From: Candidatus Saccharimonadota bacterium
Lineage (GTDB): Bacteria; Patescibacteriota; Saccharimonadia; Saccharimonadales; UBA4665
Direction: 5' to 3'
Length of the DNA stretch: 32,000 bases
NCBI GenBank assembly: GCA_016700375.1
Contig: CP065016.1
Span: 270,001-302,000, forward strand
Position numbers and translations under genes: made by a program. Shown piece by piece: positions 1 to 9,183 of this stretch (positions are counted from its first letter, which is position 1; each line of letters opens with the position of its first letter). The notes under the pieces are model-generated. The model was not told the origin of the DNA. It saw only the letters and a program-made list of their open reading frames with translations, and made no database searches.

Positions 1-408
1 TTTAGCAGATTTTGCGAGGGTCACCAGCAAGGACACTACAGATAAAGCAATGTCGGCCAACAGGGCAGTAGATAAATCAATAAAGCCAAGTCCTGCAAGC
101 ATCAACATCAGAAGAGAAGGCAGCCCAGCAAGTACTAATCCCCTATGTACGACTAGCTCATGACCCCACCTATAGCCTGACAGGGCTGAATCATGGGCAA
201 CCCGATGGGCGGTATACGAAGCTAGCATACTGGCACTCCATAATCCAAACGTCGTAAAGACGATGGTTATAGACGCATAAGCTATTGTTAGCTTTTCCGC
301 AGACATCAGTAAGCCGACATTTACGGCCATTAGCGTGAGGACACCGTATATGCGCTCTTTTAGATAGTCTACATACACCTGTTGGTTCGTCAGTGCTTCT
401 TTGGGCAT
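1..408 (-). CDS. hypothetical polytopic membrane protein (partial; 3' end beyond left window edge)
   Basis: Minus-strand frame is open from ATG at 408 to position 1 (136 codons, no stop). It is absent from the ORF track because it is open-ended. Translation MPKEALTNQQVYVDYLKERIYGVLTLMAVNVGLLM...LVLAGLPSLLMLMLAGLGFI...ADIALSVVSLLVTLA has about four helix-length hydrophobic segments. The competing tracked ORF 191..448 is Cys/Arg-rich and not protein-like. Confidence 0.45.
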   Translation of the reverse strand, partial: MPKEALTNQQVYVDYLKERIYGVLTLMAVNVGLLMSAEKLTIAYASITIVFTTFGLWSASMLASYTAHRVAHDSALSGYRWGHELVVHRGLVLAGLPSLLMLMLAGLGFIDLSTALLADIALSVVSLLVTLAKSAK

Positions 409-458
409 GAATAATGAAATCACGCGCGTAGTATACCATGGCAGCCAAGCAACAAAAC

Positions 459-467
459 TGTCATACT
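459..467 (+). promoter_or_regulatory. extended -10-like box TGTCATACT, 7 nt upstream of the helicase GTG start (candidate leaderless promoter)
   Basis: TGtCATACT at 459-467, then 7 nt (aggtacc), then GTG at 475. No SD and no good -35. A GTG start on a leaderless mRNA is unusual, hence the lower confidence. Confidence 0.35.
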
Positions 468-474
468 AGGTACC

Positions 475-3400
475 GTGAACCAGTTTGCTAATCAATATAG
501 CCAGCTCAATGCAGCGCAGCGCGAAGCAGTAGATACCGTGTATGGCCCCGTGCTCGTTATTGCAGGACCCGGGACAGGGAAAACCCAGCTGCTTAGCGCG
601 CGCGTGGCGCACATTCTTGAGGTAACCGACGCTCTCCCGCAAAATATTCTGTGTCTCACGTTTACCGAAAGTGGAGCAAAAAATATGCGCGAGCGACTCG
701 TTTCATTCATTGGGCAGGCGGCATACGACGTACAAATCGGTACCTACCACGCCTTTGGTAGCACTATCATAGGGCGCTTTCCGGAATACTTTACCGAGCT
801 GCGACTGGAACGTCCGGTGGATGAGCTCGGTAAACGGCAAATTCTTATGGATATCATAGAAAACACAGACTACCGCAGCCCTATAAAACAAACTCGTCAC
901 CACCTGGGCGACCTAGTCAGTACCATCAGCGAGGTAAAGCGCGGCCTGCTTTCGCCGAAAGATTTGCGCAGTGTCGCCACAGATAACATCGGCGCTATCA
1001 AACAAACAAAACAGGATATTGCAGCGCTCCTTGCACCATTTTCGTCGCGTATGCCAAGCAAATTAGCCGTTGCCGAACCGCTCTTTCGGTCTGTACTAGA
1101 GATTCTGCATACAAACGCCCGTCAGCCCGCACACGCCGTACAACCCCTGCTAAACCTTGCTGTTCAAGATTTAGATGCAGCACTCGGGGCTGCCCTCGAT
1201 GCCGCAAGCACCAAACCGCTCACGGCGTGGAAAAACAAATGGTTGGTAAAAGACGCCGAAAATAACTTTATGCTAGCTGGGCTGCTTGAGGCGAGACGAA
1301 TAGAGGCATTGGCAGATGTTCTGGAACAGTATCAAGCCAAGTTAGCCGAAAAAGGTCTGTACGATTTTGACGACATGATACTGCGCGCTATTGATGTACT
1401 AGCAGAGAACAATGAACTTCGGTTCACGCTGCATGAACAGTACCAGTTTTTGCTGCTCGACGAATTTCAAGATACAAACGCCGCACAGCTCAAGCTGGTT
1501 GAACTACTCACAAACAACCCGAGCCAAGAACGCAAACCAAATGTGCTTGCAGTAGGCGACGACGACCAAGCCATTTACGCATTTCAGGGCGCCGAGGCCA
1601 GCAATATGCTGGACTTCTACCACATGTACAATGACGTCCGGGTGATATCTCTCTCTGATAATTACCGATCCCAGACGGAAATTCTGGAAACGGCCGCTCG
1701 AGTTGCCGGGCAAATTGAATCCCGCCTGCATAGTCAGTTTCAGGGCGTCACAAAAACGCTGCGTAGCCAGAATATGAATGTACCATCGCCAATGATTACG
1801 AGGCGTAGCTTCCGAAGTGCCGTTGCCGAGCGCACCGCCGTTGCAGAGCAGATTGCGGGTCTTATAGCTTCAGGAACGCCCGCGGCACATATTGTCGTAC
1901 TGGCACCCAAGCATAAATACCTGGAACCACTCGTCCCGTATTTGCAAAACCGCGACCTCGCGGTGTCATACGAAAAGCGTGAAAATGTGTTGCAGGCGCC
2001 CGTTGTACGAGAGCTACTTACCATGAGTCGCCTGGTTCTGGCGCTACACGCAAACGACCATCGCACCGCCGACAGCCTGTGGCCCGAAGTGCTCAGCTAC
2101 GACTTTTGGGATTTTTCTACGGCCGATATTTGGCAGTTGTCGTGGCGAGCAAGCGATGAACGGAAAACGTGGAGTGAACTGCTGCTGGCTTCGCGCGAAT
2201 TCAAACATGCCGCCATCCTCCTGCTGACGCTTGCTGGCAAGGTTGAGACAGAGTCACTCGAGTACGCGCTCGATGTGCTTATAGGCACCAGCGACGTCCA
2301 AACTCACGACCGTGAACTCCCAAGCGTACGTAGCCCGCTGAGAGACTACTATTTTAAGCAACGCGGCGAAAACGTTTTATACGAAACCGTTACGCAGCTG
2401 ACTGTTTTGCGCTCGCGCCTTCGGGAACACGAAATCGGGGAAGGGCGTGTGCTCAGTCTGGGCGACTTACTCGGCTTTGTAGCCGCCTATGAGACAGCCG
2501 AGCAACCAATGCTCAATACAAGCCCCTACAGCCAGGCGAACGATGCAGTGCAGCTCATGACCGTATTTAAAGCCAAAGGGCTTGAGTTTGACCATGTGTT
2601 TTTGGTTGCCTGTGATGATAGCGTCTGGGGTAGCCGCGCCAGCGGCGTGGGCAATAAACTCACCCTTCCGGCAAATCTGGCCCATATTCGGCACGCTGGT
2701 AGTACCGACGATGAACGCTTGCGTCTTCTCTACGTTGCAATAACCCGTGCTCGCTATGGGCTGCACCTCACCAGTCACGAACAAACATTCGGCGGCCGTT
2801 CTACCGAAGCAGTGAAGTATTTCGATGAAAGCAGCGACGAACAGGACGCCCGCCGCACGCGAATACTCCCGGAGGCGCAGCAGCTCGTCGAGAAGGATGA
2901 TTCCGAGCACCCCAGCCTCGAAGCACTAACGATGAACTGGCAGCAACGCCACTACAATACGCCAGCACCGCTGACCGAACTCCTCCGCGAACGTTTGGAG
3001 CGTTACCAGCTGAGCCCCACGCATTTGACACATTTTCTTGACCTTAAATACGGCGGGCCAGAGAGTTTTCTGCTCGGAACAATTTTGCGTTTTCCAAGCG
3101 CACCGAGCACCGATGCAAGCTTTGGAACCGCCATACACGAGACCTTGCAGTGGGCACAGGGCGTCATGAACAGTACGGGTAAACTTCCTACCGCGGCAGC
3201 GTCAAGCGCCCACGCCGCGCAGTATCTCGCCCGTGAAACACTGACGCCAGAACAACTTACCGTCCAAACAGAGCGCGCCGCTCATGCACTCCGCAGCTTT
3301 TTGGCTGCACATGGTAAGGATTTTGCAGCAGGGAACGTTGCCGAGAAATCCTTCCGGGATGAGGGTGTTTTCAGTGGTGAAGTTCACCTGGGAGGCAAAA

Positions 3401-3786
3401 TTGACTTGCTTGAAATAGACAAAACTGCCAAGAAAATTGTCGTTGTCGACTATAAAACCGGTCAACTCGGTGGCGACCCGAGCAAACTCTACCGCTACAC
3501 TCTACAGCTATACTGCTACAAACTCCTAGTTGAGGGTTCACACACCTACAGGGGGTACAGAGTAGAAACTGGTAGACTCGTGTTCGTGGAACCAGACAGC
3601 GACGGCAAAATTATCACAAAACAAATACACTTTGAACAAAATGAAACCAAACGAGTTCAAGAACTCCTACTGGCCATGTGGCAGCACGTCATGACACTGG
3701 GCATGCCAGATACTTCGGCTTACAGTGATAGCCTAAAAGATATACATGCTTTTGAGCAAAAACTACTAGAAGAAATCAGAGGATAG
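475..3786 (+). CDS. UvrD/PcrA-family SF1 DNA helicase fused to a C-terminal PD-(D/E)XK (RecB/AddA-type) nuclease domain
   Basis: 1103-aa ORF. Helicase motifs read directly: Walker A AGPGTGKT, LLLDEFQDTN, VGDDDQAIYAFQGA, NYRS, KAKGLEFDHVFL, LLYVAITRAR. C-terminal nuclease motifs: GGKIDLLEID...VVVDYKTG and YTLQLYCY. Confidence 0.88.
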   Translation: MNQFANQYSQLNAAQREAVDTVYGPVLVIAGPGTGKTQLLSARVAHILEVTDALPQNILCLTFTESGAKNMRERLVSFIGQAAYDVQIGTYHAFGSTIIGRFPEYFTELRLERPVDELGKRQILMDIIENTDYRSPIKQTRHHLGDLVSTISEVKRGLLSPKDLRSVATDNIGAIKQTKQDIAALLAPFSSRMPSKLAVAEPLFRSVLEILHTNARQPAHAVQPLLNLAVQDLDAALGAALDAASTKPLTAWKNKWLVKDAENNFMLAGLLEARRIEALADVLEQYQAKLAEKGLYDFDDMILRAIDVLAENNELRFTLHEQYQFLLLDEFQDTNAAQLKLVELLTNNPSQERKPNVLAVGDDDQAIYAFQGAEASNMLDFYHMYNDVRVISLSDNYRSQTEILETAARVAGQIESRLHSQFQGVTKTLRSQNMNVPSPMITRRSFRSAVAERTAVAEQIAGLIASGTPAAHIVVLAPKHKYLEPLVPYLQNRDLAVSYEKRENVLQAPVVRELLTMSRLVLALHANDHRTADSLWPEVLSYDFWDFSTADIWQLSWRASDERKTWSELLLASREFKHAAILLLTLAGKVETESLEYALDVLIGTSDVQTHDRELPSVRSPLRDYYFKQRGENVLYETVTQLTVLRSRLREHEIGEGRVLSLGDLLGFVAAYETAEQPMLNTSPYSQANDAVQLMTVFKAKGLEFDHVFLVACDDSVWGSRASGVGNKLTLPANLAHIRHAGSTDDERLRLLYVAITRARYGLHLTSHEQTFGGRSTEAVKYFDESSDEQDARRTRILPEAQQLVEKDDSEHPSLEALTMNWQQRHYNTPAPLTELLRERLERYQLSPTHLTHFLDLKYGGPESFLLGTILRFPSAPSTDASFGTAIHETLQWAQGVMNSTGKLPTAAASSAHAAQYLARETLTPEQLTVQTERAAHALRSFLAAHGKDFAAGNVAEKSFRDEGVFSGEVHLGGKIDLLEIDKTAKKIVVVDYKTGQLGGDPSKLYRYTLQLYCYKLLVEGSHTYRGYRVETGRLVFVEPDSDGKIITKQIHFEQNETKRVQELLLAMWQHVMTLGMPDTSAYSDSLKDIHAFEQKLLEEIRG

Positions 3787-3824
3787 CTGGCACCATCTGT
3801 GAATAGCCACATAAAACGCCAAGT

Positions 3825-3855
3825 AAAAAGCCGCTCAAGGGGAGCGGCTTTTTTA
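3825..3855. terminator. bidirectional intrinsic terminator hairpin between convergent helicase and aquaporin genes
   Basis: aaaaagccgctc / loop aaggg / gagcggcttttt is a perfect 12-bp stem with A-run and T-run flanks, so it can act on either strand. It lies between the stop at 3786 (+) and the stop at 3869 (-). Confidence 0.7.
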
Positions 3856-3868
3856 TAAAGTCGAAAAC

Positions 3869-4639
3869 TTACTTCTTAGAGGTTGTTTTGCGCTTCGCTG
3901 GAGCCTTGCGAGCAGTTGACTTCTTTGCCGTAGCACGCTGTGCAGCTACCGTCTTTACTGCTGGCTTTACCACTTTCGCTTCAGCAGCCTCGGCTTTGGC
4001 CTCTGCCGCCTCAGCAACTTCGGTTTCTACAAAAAGCAGGTTGTACAAGTTAAACCCAACAACCGCACCAAGGACAGGTCCAAGTACATAGGTACCCCAA
4101 CCAAACTGATGAACGCTAAATGCAACAGCTGGGTTCAACACACCTGCAGAACCAAGCGATGCAATGATGGCACCAGCGGTTAAACCACCACCGACCATGA
4201 AAGCCTTTAGCCCAAGACTTAAGCGTTGGTAAATGGCAGAAGCCACCGCAAATGAGAATACAAACGTACCCGCTGCTTCTGCAACAAGCAGACGAGCGTC
4301 ATAGGTGCCGTTATTTTTGGCGTTATCAAGTTTGGTAAAGTACACGAACAGATACCATGCAGCTGCCGCACCAGCAAACTGAGCAATGATGTAGCTGAGA
4401 GCCTGAAGTGTTCGCAGTTTACGAACCGTCCAGAGTCCAATGGTCAGAGCTGGGTTAAATACTGCTCCCGAAATCCCCGCAAGCGCAACTACCAAGAGTA
4501 CAAGCGTAAGACCAGCTGCCGACGCAATAAAATACGGGTAGCTGAGCTGAGAGTGCGATAGTGCTAGCACAGCGAGCGCGAGTACAGCGGTACCCAAAAA
4601 CTCACTCACAAGCATCGCGAGCTTATTTTTACGAAACAT
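3869..4639 (-). CDS. MIP-family channel (aquaporin/aquaglyceroporin) with Lys/Ala-rich C-terminal tail
   Basis: 256-aa ORF with two NPA boxes (VFNPALT, VLNPAVA), an N-terminal SEFLGT motif and six hydrophobic segments. GGAGGA lies 9 nt upstream of the ATG. The last ~50 residues are EAAEAKAEAAEAKVVKPAVK...AKKSTARKAPAKRKTTSKK. Confidence 0.88.
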   Translation of the reverse strand: MFRKNKLAMLVSEFLGTAVLALAVLALSHSQLSYPYFIASAAGLTLVLLVVALAGISGAVFNPALTIGLWTVRKLRTLQALSYIIAQFAGAAAAWYLFVYFTKLDNAKNNGTYDARLLVAEAAGTFVFSFAVASAIYQRLSLGLKAFMVGGGLTAGAIIASLGSAGVLNPAVAFSVHQFGWGTYVLGPVLGAVVGFNLYNLLFVETEVAEAAEAKAEAAEAKVVKPAVKTVAAQRATAKKSTARKAPAKRKTTSKK

Positions 4640-4718
4640 AATTGTTATTCCTCCACTTATTTGTGATACTACAAGCTTACAGAGATATCATTGTTTTGTA
4701 AAGAGCCTTACACTCAAC

Positions 4719-5681
4719 CTAGACAGCTTGAGCCGTATCGATAGCGAGAAGAGGATGGCTACCGTCACAAAGTTCTGCGTACGTTGCGATCTGGAACGCA
4801 ACAGCGGCCTGAAGTAAAGCCGGATACATCTCCACCGCATCAGGTCGACCAGTCGCAAGAGCTTTTGCAATATCATCAACGTACCATGCATCTATGAAGA
4901 ATACTTTTTTCCCGGTAGCTTTCACGAAAGCATCCCGGTCGAGGGTCATACCTCTAACTTTATTCCACACCACCACTAGCTCATCATGCATACCAACCAA
5001 AACCTCATGGTTCTTTCCCTCGTTCTGCGCAGCCTCAATGTCGTGCATCGCCTTGGGGCTATAGGAAGTATTCCGCTCAGCTACATGTTCTGAAGCTACA
5101 TAGTGAGTAACTCCTAGGACGCCACTGAGAGCTTGAGCCGCGCTGAGAACGTTTTTGTCACCGCGCGCGATTCGTTCAGTCGACGGAATGTGCTTTTCGC
5201 CCGCGCCGCACCCTGTTGATTCAGCACCAGTTTCAGGATTCTGATAGCCGTTATCCTTTGCTCCGGACGTTGTATGTCCGCCTATAGTAATTCCCTGTGC
5301 AGTCAATAATTCACCGACCTCAAGTGCCCGTCCTGTAGCAGTTGGCGCACTTTTCTCCCCATAAAAACCTGCTACTAACTCGGCCGCGGCAAACCCAGTT
5401 TGCAATGGGCCACCCGCGCACTGTGGACCAAGCTCTGGGGCTGTACCGGCAAGGGTAACCTCGCAGCTTCGTCCGTCCATACATACGCCTGCTGCAGCTT
5501 TGTCCACCGGCACCAAAAATTGCTTAATCTCTTCGGCAAGCGCAGTTAATTGTTCAGGAGTTTGGGCGGGTGCGTGAAGCGCGCCGTCACCGAAACCTAT
5601 TGGTCTCCCTATTTCAATAGCCACTAAACTAGTTTGGACTTCGCCCGGTGCTAACATACTCAAATCCATAACTTCCTTCAT
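4719..5681 (-). CDS. hypothetical protein with CxDxR / GGH / GCG motifs reminiscent of the beta-carbonic anhydrase metal site
   Basis: 320-aa ORF with protein-like composition. Motifs: C67-M-D-G-R71, ITIGGH136 and TGC158GAG. The start could instead be M5 (5669), which follows AAGGAAG. The function call is weak. Confidence 0.6.
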   Translation of the reverse strand: MKEVMDLSMLAPGEVQTSLVAIEIGRPIGFGDGALHAPAQTPEQLTALAEEIKQFLVPVDKAAAGVCMDGRSCEVTLAGTAPELGPQCAGGPLQTGFAAAELVAGFYGEKSAPTATGRALEVGELLTAQGITIGGHTTSGAKDNGYQNPETGAESTGCGAGEKHIPSTERIARGDKNVLSAAQALSGVLGVTHYVASEHVAERNTSYSPKAMHDIEAAQNEGKNHEVLVGMHDELVVVWNKVRGMTLDRDAFVKATGKKVFFIDAWYVDDIAKALATGRPDAVEMYPALLQAAVAFQIATYAELCDGSHPLLAIDTAQAV

Positions 5682-5820
5682 GAAAACATCTTCATAATTT
5701 ACTTGGTTGATGCGTTATATAAATATCACGTATGATTTTACGCTTGTAATATATATCACACAAGTGTTTTTTTGTGACCGATGTCACGGTGGCCAGCACT
5801 GCATGTGTGTAGACTGATTA

Positions 5821-6105
5821 ATGAAGAAGCTAGATCGCATGAGTACCGCAAACCCATTTGAACGCATACCGTCAAACCCGTATGAAAAGACAGGTACTGT
5901 TCTCGATTACATCCTCGAAGCATCATTTGGTGGCCTCGAATCGGACCCTGACATAGCATTACAGCACTGGAATAGCTTACACCCAGACGCAAGAAGGCTT
6001 CTCCAGGTGGAAAGCACCGGCATGGCAAACGATAATATGGCCTTAAGCGGGCAATGCGCTCGGGATTTATTAGTTCTTGATCTTGTTGGCGCGCAAGCGG
6101 CTTAG
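5821..6105 (+). CDS. hypothetical small protein (94 aa)
   Basis: Its composition is more protein-like than the overlapping antisense ORF 5756..6136. TAGACT (5810-5815) sits 5 nt upstream of the ATG, the same spacing as at guaB. There is no SD, and the stop overlaps the atpC stop by 4 nt. Confidence 0.35.
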   Translation: MKKLDRMSTANPFERIPSNPYEKTGTVLDYILEASFGGLESDPDIALQHWNSLHPDARRLLQVESTGMANDNMALSGQCARDLLVLDLVGAQAA

Positions 6106-6527
6106 CCCCTGCGGTGGCGGCGGTGGAGGTCGGCAACTTTGAGCCGTACCATATGGCGGTCTACGAGCTGGTGAGCCTTTTCTAGCTCTACTTGGTCGGT
6201 GGCGGTATCGCGCATCTTGAGCGCTCGGTCTAGAGCGGCTTTGGTTTCAGCCTCAATAATGTCTTCGCCGTGGTCGGCTTCGTCTACAAGTATCTTTATA
6301 TGGTCTGCGTTAACTTCTACTATGCCGCCGCTCACTGCAAAATATTCAAGCTTATCCAGCGGGTCAGTCCGCTTGCGGCGCACTTGTATGACGCCGGTGC
6401 GTGCAAGTGTCACCAGCGGCTCATGGCCGGGGAACACCCCAATCTCACCATCCACCGTAGGGATGACAACCTCATAGACATCTTCGTCAAATTTGCTGCC
6501 AGAGAGAGTAACTAATTGTAGCTGCAT
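6102..6527 (-). CDS. atpC: F1 ATP synthase epsilon subunit
   Basis: 141 aa. The N-terminal beta-sandwich signature (LQLVTLSGSKFDEDVYEVVIPTVDGEIGVFPGHEPLVTL) is followed by a helical C-terminus. It is the last gene of the atp operon, with AAAGGAG upstream. Confidence 0.9.
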   Translation of the reverse strand: MQLQLVTLSGSKFDEDVYEVVIPTVDGEIGVFPGHEPLVTLARTGVIQVRRKRTDPLDKLEYFAVSGGIVEVNADHIKILVDEADHGEDIIEAETKAALDRALKMRDTATDQVELEKAHQLVDRHMVRLKVADLHRRHRRG

Positions 6528-6537
6528 AGGTCGCTCC

Positions 6538-6641
6538 TTTGGTATTTGGTATTTGGTATTTGGTATTTGGCGGGCTTAATTCGAAACCAGCATAGCTGCA
6601 ATTGGGCTTTGCCAGATACTAGATACCTTATACCAGATACC
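6538..6641. repeat. intercistronic inverted repeat: (TTTGGTA)x4.7 left arm pairing with ccagatactagataccttataccagatacc right arm
   Basis: Left arm 6541-6570 pairs with right arm 6612-6641. Of 30 positions, 24 are Watson-Crick, 4 are G-T pairs (wobble only if read as + strand RNA) and 2 are mismatches. The loop is 41 nt. The element fills the atpD-atpC spacer. Confidence 0.75.
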
Positions 6642-6643
6642 AT

Positions 6644-8017
<1,374 letters not shown>

Positions 8018-8044
8018 CTACTATCCTTTATCATTGTATTACCT

Positions 8045-8209
8045 TTACTGATCATATGCGGAAGTTAGTGGTTTACCAAGAGGTGGGCTATCAATATCTA
8101 CTAGATGAGCTGGCTCTTCGGTTCTTTCAGGGTCAATAGCAGGAGGGTCTTCATCGATAGGACCCGGCGGGATTCTGGATAAATCAAATCCGGATAATAA
8201 TTCTGTCAT
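8045..8209 (-). CDS. candidate 54-codon acidic, Pro-rich ORF inserted between atpG and atpD
   Basis: My translation of the minus strand: MTELLSGFDLSRIPPGPIDEDPPAIDPERTEEPAHLVDIDSPPLGKPLTSAYDQ*. Its ATG (8207-8209) overlaps the atpG TGA (8206-8208) as ATGA. It is too short for the ORF track, uses rarer codons (tta, aga), and the region looks more AT-rich than the flanking genes. Confidence 0.3.
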   Translation of the reverse strand: MTELLSGFDLSRIPPGPIDEDPPAIDPERTEEPAHLVDIDSPPLGKPLTSAYDQ

Positions 8210-9072
8210 TTCATCGCCTCCGCTCCTCCACTTATTTCTGCTAATTCTTGGGTTATGGCCGCTTGGCGAGCCTTGTTCATTTCGAGCGTCAGGTCATCAG
8301 CAAGCTCGCTGGCGTTATCGGTTGCGTTTTTCATGGCCAGCATGCGCATGCTGTGTTCGCTCGCGTGGGCATCGAGCAGTGCTTGGAATATTTCTGCTCC
8401 AACCAGACGGCGCGCAACACCCTCCAGGACAACCTCGCTGCTTGGCTCATACACCGCATCGCGTACGAAAGAAGTCACGTCTGTTTTCGTGACACCAGCG
8501 GGTAAAATTCGTTCTACCACGGCTGTCTGCGTCATACTACTCACAAATTTGGTGTATATAATGTCGACAGCGTCAACCTTGGTTTCCTCAAACATGGCAC
8601 ATGCCGTGGTGAGAATAGCGTAAAACTCAGAGCCTTCTGGGTGGTCCGGCAGGTCAGTGTAGGTTCCGCACACTTCAGTGTCTTTTAGCCGCGTCACAAA
8701 CTGCGATGCCTTACGCCCAACTGCTATGGTTTCATTACGCACGCCGCTGGCATCGTCTTCGCGCAGTGCCTGAATGTACGCTTTCAAAATGTTGGCGTTA
8801 TAGGCGCCGGCTAGGCCTTTGTCTGAGGCAATAACGATTATCAGGCGGCCTTTGACCTCCCGTTTCTGAAACAACGGGTGTCGGTCGGTCGCACCTTGAC
8901 TCGACAAATACGCCAGCAGCTCGTTTGCCGTGCGCGTATAGTCGCTGGTGGCTTTGGTGGCGTCTTGGGCGCGGCGCATCTTGCTGGCTGCGACCATTTG
9001 CATAGCCTTCGTAATCTGCTTCGTGCTTTTGACCGAGCGAATCCGGCCCTTTAGCTGGCGAGTACTAGCCAT
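8206..9072 (-). CDS. atpG: F1 ATP synthase gamma subunit
   Basis: 288 aa. The N-terminus is MASTRQLKGRIRSVKSTKQITKAMQMVAASKMRRAQ and the C-terminus is RQAAITQELAEISGGAEAMK. GGAGG lies 6 nt upstream. Confidence 0.93.
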   Translation of the reverse strand: MASTRQLKGRIRSVKSTKQITKAMQMVAASKMRRAQDATKATSDYTRTANELLAYLSSQGATDRHPLFQKREVKGRLIIVIASDKGLAGAYNANILKAYIQALREDDASGVRNETIAVGRKASQFVTRLKDTEVCGTYTDLPDHPEGSEFYAILTTACAMFEETKVDAVDIIYTKFVSSMTQTAVVERILPAGVTKTDVTSFVRDAVYEPSSEVVLEGVARRLVGAEIFQALLDAHASEHSMRMLAMKNATDNASELADDLTLEMNKARQAAITQELAEISGGAEAMK

Positions 9073-9092
9073 GAACGACCTCCAGTCGCTCT

Positions 9093-9181
9093 AGAGATAA
9101 GACGTAAGAGTTATGAGTTAAGAGTTGCGCTTTGCGCGATGCAGCTCCAGTCTTAACTCTTATCTCTTGTCTCTTAGCTCT
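9093..9181. repeat. intercistronic inverted repeat with purine-rich (AGAG/TAAGAG-type) arms
   Basis: 9093-9123 pairs with 9151-9181. Of 31 positions, 25 are Watson-Crick, 2 are G-T and 4 are mismatches. The 27-nt loop contains gcgc-ttt-gcgc. The element lies exactly between the atpA stop (9184) and the atpG SD. Confidence 0.7.
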
Positions 9182-9183
9182 CA

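Noticed and set aside
191-448. Tracked 85-aa minus-strand ORF
   Set aside because: Its Cys/Arg/His-rich composition is not protein-like. A different minus-strand frame (ATG 408 to the window edge) encodes a convincing multi-helix membrane protein over the same DNA.
5756-6136. Tracked 126-aa minus-strand ORF between the orphan enzyme and atpC
   Set aside because: Arg/Cys-rich with no start context, and it overlaps atpC. The opposite-strand 94-aa ORF has better composition and a -10 box at leaderless spacing, though that ORF is itself uncertain.
6541-6570. Tandem GGTATTT x4 considered as a CRISPR array or a simple microsatellite
   Set aside because: The units are 7 nt with no spacers, so it is not CRISPR. 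The array is one arm of a 30-bp inverted repeat and is better described as a hairpin element.
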